NCBI GenBank assembly: GCA_040380025.1
Contig: JBEIJY010000007.1
Coordinates: 1 to 64,000, forward strand
Reading direction: 5' to 3'
From: Bdellovibrionales bacterium
GTDB taxonomy: Bacteria > Bdellovibrionota > UBA1018 > CAIMNF01
DNA: 64,000 nucleotides
Shown here: positions 18,829-26,479 of the stretch, in pieces
Numbering within the stretch: position 1 is the first letter of the stretch
Layout of the letters: each line of letters begins with the position of its first letter
The notes under the pieces: model-generated
Told to the model about the DNA's origin: nothing
The model's database searches: none
The model's input: the letters and a program-made list of their open reading frames with translations, nothing else
Translations under genes and position numbers: made by a program

Positions 18829-19533
18829 ATGGCAAAAAAGAAAATCCAGAAAAAGACCGCTGCGGTCAAAAAATCCGCGGCAAAAAAACCAGCGGTTAAG
18901 AAACCAGCGGTTAAAAAAGCAGTCAAGAAAGCAGTCACCACAAAAGCGCCCGCAAAAAAGACCACAGCGAAGAAGACCGTAGCAAAAAAACCTGTCGCTA
19001 AAAAAGCGGCTGCTAAAAAACCTGCCGCAAAGAAGACCGTCGCGAAGAAACCGGTGGCGAAAAAAACCGTAGCCAAAAAAACCGTGACCAGTAAAACAGT
19101 CGCGAAAAAAGCGGCCACCAAAAAACCTGCCCCGAAACCAGTCCCCGTGAAGACCGGGACCCCTTCGGTCACCACCTCTCCAACCGGCGCCGCCACCCTT
19201 GCAACGGCAATGGCCGCAACCGCCGCCGTGGGAGCCCTCGGAGCGAACCTCGTCGGCGAGGGGCATGATGCCTACGATGACGATCAGGAACTCGGCATGG
19301 AGGAGACCTTCATCGAAGACGAAGAATCCCTTCAGGACCCGTCCGACGAGGATGAAGAAGACGAGTACTACACCCGCGGGTTTGACGAGGAAGAGGAGTC
19401 CGAGGACTTCGAATCCGAAGACCTGAGCGAAGAGGATGAAGAAGACTTCGAGCTCGACGAAGAAGAGCTCGAAGAAGACGAAGACATGGAATTCGACTCG
19501 GACGAGGACTTCTCGGACGAGGACGAAGACTGA
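18829..19533 (+). CDS. Histone H1/Hc2-like protein with acidic C-terminal tail
   Basis: Strong SD; (T/P/A)(V/A)AKK pentapeptide repeats (~41 Lys in the first ~108 aa), Ala-rich linker, ~56 Asp/Glu in the last ~91 aa. Confidence 0.85.
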   Translation: MAKKKIQKKTAAVKKSAAKKPAVKKPAVKKAVKKAVTTKAPAKKTTAKKTVAKKPVAKKAAAKKPAAKKTVAKKPVAKKTVAKKTVTSKTVAKKAATKKPAPKPVPVKTGTPSVTTSPTGAATLATAMAATAAVGALGANLVGEGHDAYDDDQELGMEETFIEDEESLQDPSDEDEEDEYYTRGFDEEEESEDFESEDLSEEDEEDFELDEEELEEDEDMEFDSDEDFSDEDED

Positions 19534-19582
19534 TCTCCGGACTTCCGGGATCCGAAACCAAGAACAAGGGAGCTCATGCCGT

Positions 19583-20899
19583 ATGGATATCCGAGACGTG
19601 ATCCATGGTGTAATCCCGATCGAAGCGCATGAGCTCCCGGTTCTTGAATCGTTCTTGTTCCAACGACTCCGGCAGATCCGGCAAACCGGCTTCGCCGAGC
19701 ACTCCTACCCGGGCGCCACCCACAACCGCTACATTCACAGCATCGGCGCCCTCCACACCATCACCGAGACCTTTGAAGCGATCTTCTCGGGACTGAAGAA
19801 AAAGAAATACCCGCTTTGGAAGCGCTTTCGCGCTCTTGCGCGCCTGTCTGCCGCCCTTCATGACATCGGCCACGGGCCGCTCTCCCACACGACCGAGTTC
19901 GCGATGCCCGAGGTCTCCAAACTCGGCGCTCGCTTCGGATCGAAACGAAAAGCCACCCACGAGGACTACACCCTCAAAATCATCCTCGACTCTCCCCTTA
20001 CCCCCGTCCTCGAAAAAGCGGGCGAACCGTTTGGTTTTGGTCCCCTTCACATCGCGGCGCTGATCGATTCCGGAATCAAACTGAACGAGGATTTTTTCAT
20101 CGAACGCATCGAGGGCGAGAAGCTGAACTTCCGCCCGGTTTTGCACCAGCTGATTTCGAGCGAGATGGATGCGGATCGCATGGACTACCTGAGACGCGAC
20201 AGCTTTTACTGCGGCGTCAACTATGGGGTCTTCGACTACTCCTGGATTTTGCGGAACTCCTGCGCACACACCAAGGACGGAAAAGTATATCTTGCGATCA
20301 AACACCGCGCGCTCTACGCCTTCGAGGACTTCCTGCTCGCCCGCTTCAACATGTTCCTGCAGGTGTATCTACACCACAAAACGGTCGTGTACGACGAGAT
20401 GCTCGCAAACTACCTGAACGACCCGTTCTGCGACTACAAGCTCCCGGCCGACATCGAGACCTATGCCCGTTGTACGGATGCGCACTTATATGCCCATCTT
20501 GCACAGTCCACGAACCCCTGGGCCAAACGAATTGTCGAAAAACAACCCTTCAAGATGTTCATCGAGATCCACAGCGGGATTCCCTCGACCGCGAATGCAC
20601 GGGAACAACAAGAACGGCTGTTCCGGAAAGCGCGGGCCGAACTGGAGTCGCGCGGCATTCCCTACATCGAGAACACCTCGACCGGGATCCTGTCCAAATA
20701 CTTTGGCCGGTCGGATCATCCGATTTTTGTCAAATACGACAACCTGTATTCGGATCCGAGCTTCATTCCGCTCGAAAAATGCACTTCGCTCTTCACCCAG
20801 TACCCGAATTCGCGCTCGATCTCGCGGCTCTTCGTTGCGCCCGAGGATCATCAAAAGCTCGTGGGCCGGAAGCGCGATCACGCGATCCTGTTCGAGTGA
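19583..20899 (+). CDS. HD-domain phosphohydrolase (dNTP triphosphohydrolase/SAMHD1-YwfO-like)
   Basis: RDVIHG, FQRLRQIRQ, YPGATHNRYIHSIG, LHDIGHGPLSH, DADRMDYLRRDS, QVYLH. Confidence 0.9.
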   Translation: MDIRDVIHGVIPIEAHELPVLESFLFQRLRQIRQTGFAEHSYPGATHNRYIHSIGALHTITETFEAIFSGLKKKKYPLWKRFRALARLSAALHDIGHGPLSHTTEFAMPEVSKLGARFGSKRKATHEDYTLKIILDSPLTPVLEKAGEPFGFGPLHIAALIDSGIKLNEDFFIERIEGEKLNFRPVLHQLISSEMDADRMDYLRRDSFYCGVNYGVFDYSWILRNSCAHTKDGKVYLAIKHRALYAFEDFLLARFNMFLQVYLHHKTVVYDEMLANYLNDPFCDYKLPADIETYARCTDAHLYAHLAQSTNPWAKRIVEKQPFKMFIEIHSGIPSTANAREQQERLFRKARAELESRGIPYIENTSTGILSKYFGRSDHPIFVKYDNLYSDPSFIPLEKCTSLFTQYPNSRSISRLFVAPEDHQKLVGRKRDHAILFE

Positions 20900-20907
20900 A
20901 TCTCAAC

Positions 20908-21110
20908 CGAACTGCCCCCTTTGAGTGTTCCTGATCAGTACGATGTTTCGGGAAAGGGGGTGGGAAACAAAAAGGTTTTGCCGACTCTCGCGAGCCAGGA
21001 TGGCGAAAGCGAGGCCGGAGGACCCGGCTCGGAGGCAAAAACATTTTTGTTTCCCACCCCCTTTCCCGAACCACGGTACCGGATCAAGCACACCCAAAAG
21101 GTGCAGTTTG
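20908..21110 (+). mobile_element. MITE/REPIN-like palindromic element, copy D (203 bp) with 9-bp target-site duplication
   Basis: Termini CGAACTGCCCCCTTTG...CAAAAGGTGCAGTTTG; perfect 27-bp inner arms 20947-20973/21044-21070; conserved core; AATCTCAAC on both sides (20899-20907, 21111-21119); lies between convergent stop codons. Confidence 0.88.
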
Positions 21111-21114
21111 AATC

Positions 21115-22047
21115 TCAACTCGGAAGATTCGCCCGATACATCAGTCCTTGGGCATTCACGCGAAGATCCAGATCCAGAAGCCCGAGCTCCCGCTCATCGA
21201 GGCGGAATCCCTGACTCTGAAAATACTCGCTCACCCACGCCCGCAGGAGCCCGCAGGTCCGGGCCTCCGACAGCCCCTCGTTCCTGATCCTCGTCAAAAG
21301 ATCCATCGAGAACCGGAGCTGATCGCGAAGCATCGCCAGCATCCTCGGATGCTCGCTCTTCGGAATCATGCCGAAATGCGTGGGCGCGATCCATGCCGGA
21401 GCAAGCCGCTCGATCCAGTCCAGGGTGGCGAGAGCCGCCTCGCCGTCAAAATCAGTGGGAGAAGTCGAAACGAGCGCCACCACCCCGTGCTTTGCGTTCA
21501 GCACCGGGTACGAAACGCCGCAGGAATCGCCTGTGAACAAGGTGCGTGTCAGGGGCTCGAACACGACCAGATGATGGTTCGCATGCCCGCGGGTATGGCG
21601 GATCTCGAGCTCCACCCCCTGAAAAAACAAAGAATCCCCGTCCTTCAGCACCTGCACCCGCTCCTCGGGGCAAGGAAGAATCGTCCCGTAGAGTCGTTGC
21701 ATGAACTCTTCGCCATACACCGCTGTCGCACTCGCCACGAGCTTCGAGGGGTCGATCGCATGGCGCGCGGCCTTCGGGTGCGCAAAGAGCCTTGCGTTCG
21801 GAAAGGTCTTCAAGAACAAGCCGGCTCCGCCCGCATGGTCAAGATGAATATGGGTCACGATGAGCCCATCGACTTGCTCGAGCGAGAGTCCCTCGGCATG
21901 CACGGCCTTCACGAGCTCCGGCAGGGCGTGATTCGTGTTGCATTCGACAAACATGGCCCGCTCGCCGCGAACCAAAAGGTAAGACGCCGCAAATCCCGGC
22001 TCGACATAGTTGCAATCCACCGTGATGATCTTCATCATGGATTTCAT
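21115..22047 (-). CDS. MBL-fold metallo-hydrolase
   Basis: THIHLDHAGG, TRGHANHH, LFTGDS, PTHFG; start at 22047, 22038 or 22035. Confidence 0.9.
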   Translation of the reverse strand: MKSMMKIITVDCNYVEPGFAASYLLVRGERAMFVECNTNHALPELVKAVHAEGLSLEQVDGLIVTHIHLDHAGGAGLFLKTFPNARLFAHPKAARHAIDPSKLVASATAVYGEEFMQRLYGTILPCPEERVQVLKDGDSLFFQGVELEIRHTRGHANHHLVVFEPLTRTLFTGDSCGVSYPVLNAKHGVVALVSTSPTDFDGEAALATLDWIERLAPAWIAPTHFGMIPKSEHPRMLAMLRDQLRFSMDLLTRIRNEGLSEARTCGLLRAWVSEYFQSQGFRLDERELGLLDLDLRVNAQGLMYRANLPS

Positions 22048-22050
22048 ACC

Positions 22051-22842
22051 ATGAGACTCCGGATCCTCACTTGGAATCTTGGTTTCGGATACGGCCCGGG
22101 CTCCGATGGGCTCGGGGGCCGCTACCGGACCCGTCCCGCATCCCATTTCGATCATGCGCTGAACGAAATCGCGCGCGTGATCAAGACCGAATCGATCGAC
22201 ATCGCGCTCCTTCAAGAAGTCGATTTCGATGCCGCCCGCTCCCACCACATCCACCAGCTCGATCAGATCTCGCGCAAAAGCGGCCTTCTTCATCGGGCTC
22301 CCGTCGTGAGCTGGAATTCGATGTATGTTCCCTACCCCGGGCTCGATCCGCGAACCCATTTCGGCCGCATCCGGTCTGGCGGAGGAATCCTCTCGCGGTT
22401 TCCCATCCATCCGATTCTTTCTGACTTGCTCGCAAAGCCGCGCGAGAAAGGCAGACTCCGGAACTTCTTTTCGCTCCACCGCTACCTGCAAATCGTCTCG
22501 ATCGAGGGGCTGCGAATCTGCAATCTGCATCTCGAGGCCTTCTCGGCCGAAAACCGCGAGCTCCATCTGATTCGGCTTCAGGACCGCCTTCGGGATTTGG
22601 ACCTTGATCTTGCCGGAGGCGACTTCAACGGCGAGGCGATCCTCGGTCCTGAAACACAGGCGCTTTACGAAGAACCCTCTCAAACCGGAGCGACCTTTCC
22701 GAGTGACGCACCCGATGTTCTGCTCGATCGGTTCCTTTTACGAAAAAACAAGTTCCAGAAGATCTCGATCCGCGTGCTTCCGACCGGTACGGTGTCGGAT
22801 CACTTGCCGGTGTTGCTCGAAGCAGACTTCATCAGAGCCTGA
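22051..22842 (+). CDS. Endonuclease/exonuclease/phosphatase (EEP) family protein
   Basis: ILTWNLGFG, LLQEVD, NLHLEAF, GGDFNG, LDRF, SDHLPV. Confidence 0.9.
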   Translation: MRLRILTWNLGFGYGPGSDGLGGRYRTRPASHFDHALNEIARVIKTESIDIALLQEVDFDAARSHHIHQLDQISRKSGLLHRAPVVSWNSMYVPYPGLDPRTHFGRIRSGGGILSRFPIHPILSDLLAKPREKGRLRNFFSLHRYLQIVSIEGLRICNLHLEAFSAENRELHLIRLQDRLRDLDLDLAGGDFNGEAILGPETQALYEEPSQTGATFPSDAPDVLLDRFLLRKNKFQKISIRVLPTGTVSDHLPVLLEADFIRA

Positions 22843-23951
22843 TCAAGGTCACCCCAGAAGGTCCGCGCCGCGTCCTTCATAAGCTCGCACGAGAGATCAC
22901 GAAGCTTCTCGACCGCAACGGCCACTTCCTCGGATCGGTGATGCTCGGTTTTTTCTTCGTCGCTCAACATCGACTCTTCTTCGCCCGTGATCTTCAGGGT
23001 TTTGGCGTGGATGAGCTGAAAGTAATCGACCGCGCCCACTCCCTCGGGCAGATTGACCGATTCGCTCTTCAGGGAGTTTCCGAATACCGCGATCATGGCA
23101 GAGCCAAGCTCGGGCGCTTTTTTGCGCGCGATCGCAAGGATCGCACTTTCTCCCGCATAGGGTCTCGAATCCTCTTTTTGCAGGCACTCCTCGATTCCCT
23201 GCTCCCAGGGGGTCTTCACCATCTCGAGCACCATTCCCTCGTAGGCGTAATGGTAGTTCGAGATCGCGTGGGTCGTGCGCTTCACGAAGCCGCGAAACAG
23301 GGACTTCCACGGCACCATGCGAAGGCTCGGAATCTGGGTCGAGTGAAAGGGCTGAAGGAGATCTTGAATGAGATGCTCGCGCCAAAGAAGAGTACGAAGC
23401 CCGAAGAAGACGTTCCCGGATGCGAAATACGAATCCGAGGCTTGCTTCAGAACCTCGATCCGGCCGAAGGCGTCTCCGATTCGAAATGGCGGAACCTGAA
23501 AGCTCGCAAGCGGAGAACTCCACTCGAAGCCCGGGAACACCATGTGCCGGAACCCCTGCGAGGTCGGGCCGTTTGTTCCGCCCATCCATTTGCGATACCC
23601 GTTCGGATCGGCCGAATCGGGCAAATCCTGATCCATGCCCGAATCAGGCTCGTCGATGAAGCCCATGCCAAGGAGCTTTTCGATCGTGATCGGAGCGGAA
23701 CCGGAATTCGATTTGCTCCCGCACGACTGCTTCGAGACAGGCTCAACCGAACCCGCACGGATGCCGATGCGGGCAGCAAGGGCATCAAGCTCTTTTTGCT
23801 CTTCTTCGATGCAAGGAATGCTGATTTTTTGCGAAAGATAAGGACGCGAGTCCCCGGCAGGGCCAAGTAGAATCCGGTTCACCATTTCCTGGTGCCGGTC
23901 CCACGCCGATGCCGGGGTCGCCCAAATCAGAATCGCAAGAAGAACCCCCAT
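22800..23951 (-). CDS. Secreted protein, probable Zn-dependent phospholipase C / S1-P1 nuclease fold
   Basis: Signal peptide ending ASA followed by W-DRH; DEPD; HLIQDLLQPFH; HYAYE. These match the Zn-ligand pattern of the fold. Confidence 0.62.
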   Translation of the reverse strand: MGVLLAILIWATPASAWDRHQEMVNRILLGPAGDSRPYLSQKISIPCIEEEQKELDALAARIGIRAGSVEPVSKQSCGSKSNSGSAPITIEKLLGMGFIDEPDSGMDQDLPDSADPNGYRKWMGGTNGPTSQGFRHMVFPGFEWSSPLASFQVPPFRIGDAFGRIEVLKQASDSYFASGNVFFGLRTLLWREHLIQDLLQPFHSTQIPSLRMVPWKSLFRGFVKRTTHAISNYHYAYEGMVLEMVKTPWEQGIEECLQKEDSRPYAGESAILAIARKKAPELGSAMIAVFGNSLKSESVNLPEGVGAVDYFQLIHAKTLKITGEEESMLSDEEKTEHHRSEEVAVAVEKLRDLSCELMKDAARTFWGDLDQALMKSASSNTGK

Positions 23952-23963
23952 GAGGTCAACGCG

Positions 23964-25256
23964 TCACGGGAAGAGGCCACGAAGGAGCATGGCCTGCGAG
24001 AGACGCTCCACCGAGGTGATCAGAGCGGCGGTCTTCATGCCGGTGTTGTAGCGATCGGCATTGCTGGCCACGCGATGGAACGCGCGGGCCATGATCTCGG
24101 CGAGCTTCTCGTTCACTTCTTTTTCGTTCCAGAAGAATTGCTGCAGCCCCTGCACCCACTCGAAGTAGGACACGATCACGCCGCCCGCGTTGGCGAGAAT
24201 GTCGGGAATGATGAATGCGCCATTCGCCTCGAGGTACTGCTGGGCCTCCGAGGTGATGGGGCCGTTCGCGCCTTCCGAGATGATCTTGGCCTTGATGTTC
24301 TTCATGTTGGCCTTGGTGATCACGCCGTCGATCGCCGCCGGAACAAGAATGTCGACGTTCAACGCCAACAGTTCTTCGTTGGTGATCGGCTCGGCACCGG
24401 GATACCCCTTCAGCGTGCGGTTCTTCGCAAGATAAGCCGATGCTTCTTCGACATTCACGCCGTTCCGGTTGTAGATCCCGCCGAAGAAATCGCTCACCGC
24501 AACCACTTTGCAGCCGCGGATCGCAAGCTCATGGGCCGCAACCGCGCCCACCTTGCCGAATCCGTGAACCGCGGCCGTGCATTCCTTCAGGTTGAAGTTC
24601 CCGCGGTTTTTCTTTTTCAAAAGTTCGATCGCATGCTCGATCACGTACACCACGCCACGGCCGGTGGACTCGGGGCGACCGAGAGATCCGCCGATTTCGA
24701 TCGGCTTGCCGGTCACGACACCGGGGACCGCATGGCCTTTCGCCATCGAATAAGTGTCCATCATCCACGCCATGTGACGACCGTCAGTTCCGACATCCGG
24801 AGCGGGAATGTCCTGCTCGGGTCCGATCATCGAGATGATTTCCATCGTGAACCGGCGGGTGAGCGCCTGCTGTTCGGCGCGCGAAAGCTGGGAGGGATCG
24901 ACGCGGATTCCGCCCTTGGCCCCGCCGAGCGGCAGTCCCACGAGCGAACACTTCATGGTCATCAGCATGGCAAGCGCCGAAACCTCAGAGAGATTCACTT
25001 CGGGATGGAAGCGGATTCCGCCCTTGCCGGGCCCGAGGGTCGTGCTGTGCTGGACACGATAGCCTTCGAAGGTTTTCACCGAGCCGTCATCCATGCGGAC
25101 AGGAATGCTCACGCACATGGCTTTTTTGGGCATCTTCAGGCGTTCGAGAACGCCCGGATCGAGATCCATGACCTTTCCGGCCATCTCGAGGTCCATGACC
25201 GCGTTTTGATACAGGGGGCTGGTGTCGTAAAGTCCAGAACGCAAACCGTGACTCAT
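23964..25256 (-). CDS. gdhA: Glutamate dehydrogenase (Glu/Leu/Phe/Val dehydrogenase family)
   Basis: GPGKGGIRFHP, GGAKGG, DIPAPDVGT, GFGKVG, EGANGP, NAGGVIVSYFEWVQ. Confidence 0.93.
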   Translation of the reverse strand: MSHGLRSGLYDTSPLYQNAVMDLEMAGKVMDLDPGVLERLKMPKKAMCVSIPVRMDDGSVKTFEGYRVQHSTTLGPGKGGIRFHPEVNLSEVSALAMLMTMKCSLVGLPLGGAKGGIRVDPSQLSRAEQQALTRRFTMEIISMIGPEQDIPAPDVGTDGRHMAWMMDTYSMAKGHAVPGVVTGKPIEIGGSLGRPESTGRGVVYVIEHAIELLKKKNRGNFNLKECTAAVHGFGKVGAVAAHELAIRGCKVVAVSDFFGGIYNRNGVNVEEASAYLAKNRTLKGYPGAEPITNEELLALNVDILVPAAIDGVITKANMKNIKAKIISEGANGPITSEAQQYLEANGAFIIPDILANAGGVIVSYFEWVQGLQQFFWNEKEVNEKLAEIMARAFHRVASNADRYNTGMKTAALITSVERLSQAMLLRGLFP

Positions 25257-25338
25257 GATCCTCTCTCCTTAACAGTTTCCGATTGTTCCGAGTCTTTTTA
25301 TTTTGGGTCGAGCCTAGCAGAAGTGTTACCCTTCTGCC

Positions 25339-26472
25339 ATGAAGAATGTCGAACCCGACAAAATCACAGTGGGAATTCTCTACGGCGGACGAAGCAGCGA
25401 GCACGAGGTTTCACTCCGTTCGGCGGCAAGCGTCTTCAACCGTTTGGATCGAAACCGTTTCATTCCGCGCGCCATTTACATCGACAAAGAAGGGGCATTT
25501 CATTGGGCCGATGTTCCGGAGTCCTTCCGCGAGCGGCAAGAGACTGCTCTTCCGAAAGCACTCACCTCGCCCGAAGTCGTTCTGCTTCCGAGACCCCATC
25601 ACGACAGCTCGGGGCGAGCGAAGGCCCTCTTCGCCTGGCAGGATCCGGCGCATGCCGGAAAAGTCGAAGCTGTCGATGTGATCATTCCCATGCTCCATGG
25701 CAAGAACTGCGAGGACGGCACGCTTCAGGGAATTTTTGAAAGTGCGGGAATTCCGTACACTGGCTCGGGAGTGCTCGGATCGGCCATCGGAATGGACAAA
25801 GAAATCACCAAACGTCTCGCCCATGAGGCGGGAATTCCCATTGTTCCCTACCGCGTGGCCCGCTCCTGGGATCCGGTCACCCGGCACGAATTGCTTTTGA
25901 ACGAGGTGCAAGCGGCGTTCGGCTTCCCGGTGTTCGTGAAGGCGGCCCGAGAGGGCTCCTCGGTCGGAGTCTTCAAGGTGAAATCCCGCGAGGAATTTCT
26001 GCCGCGACTGAAGGAAGCCTTCGAGCATGACTCGAAAGTGCTGATCGAAAAAGCGATCCCCGCGCGCGAAATCGAGTTCTCGGTGCTCCAGAACACCGAT
26101 CGCGCGAAGGCGCCGCTCGTGTCGATCGCGGCCGAGATCATCCCCACCCATGAATTCTACACCTACGATGCCAAGTACAACGACGAGAACGGTGCCGTGT
26201 TCAAGATCCCGGCCGAGATTTCTCAAGACCTGACTCAAGATCTAACGCGGATGGTCGAAAAAATCTTTGGCGCTCTTGAACTCGAAGGGTACGCACGGGT
26301 CGATTTGTTCCTCGACCGCGAAACGGGCGCTTGTTACCTGAATGAGGTGAACACCCTTCCCGGCTTCACGAGCATCAGCATGTTCCCGAAACTCCTCGAA
26401 AAGACAGGCATCCCGTACACGGATCTCTTGACGAAGCTCATCGACCTTGCCTTACTTCGGTATCAGAGGTGA
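25339..26472 (+). CDS. ddl: D-alanine--D-alanine ligase
   Basis: GGRSSEHEVSL, LHGKNCEDGTLQG, GSSVG, FYTYDAKY, NEVNTLPGFT. Confidence 0.95.
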   Translation: MKNVEPDKITVGILYGGRSSEHEVSLRSAASVFNRLDRNRFIPRAIYIDKEGAFHWADVPESFRERQETALPKALTSPEVVLLPRPHHDSSGRAKALFAWQDPAHAGKVEAVDVIIPMLHGKNCEDGTLQGIFESAGIPYTGSGVLGSAIGMDKEITKRLAHEAGIPIVPYRVARSWDPVTRHELLLNEVQAAFGFPVFVKAAREGSSVGVFKVKSREEFLPRLKEAFEHDSKVLIEKAIPAREIEFSVLQNTDRAKAPLVSIAAEIIPTHEFYTYDAKYNDENGAVFKIPAEISQDLTQDLTRMVEKIFGALELEGYARVDLFLDRETGACYLNEVNTLPGFTSISMFPKLLEKTGIPYTDLLTKLIDLALLRYQR

Positions 26473-26479
26473 GCCAAAC

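Noticed and set aside
18850..19140. 15-bp periodic DNA repeat
   Set aside because: Fully explained by the xxAKK pentapeptide coding repeats with synonymous variation.
3614..21110. Palindromic elements as integron attC sites (AAC...GTT near the ends, placed after stop codons)
   Set aside because: The ends do not fit RYYYAAC/GTTRRRY, full copies (~200 bp) are too long, the flanking genes are housekeeping, orientations are mixed, no integrase is present, and there are TSD-like direct repeats.
1..21110. Repeats as a CRISPR array
   Set aside because: They are dispersed over kilobases and inverted rather than tandem direct repeats with spacers. No cas genes are present.
21115..22842. Apparent 522-aa and 564-aa fully overlapping antiparallel ORFs
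   Set aside because: Each is an upstream extension through the other gene. Recognisable domains start only at about 22047 (-) and 22051 (+).
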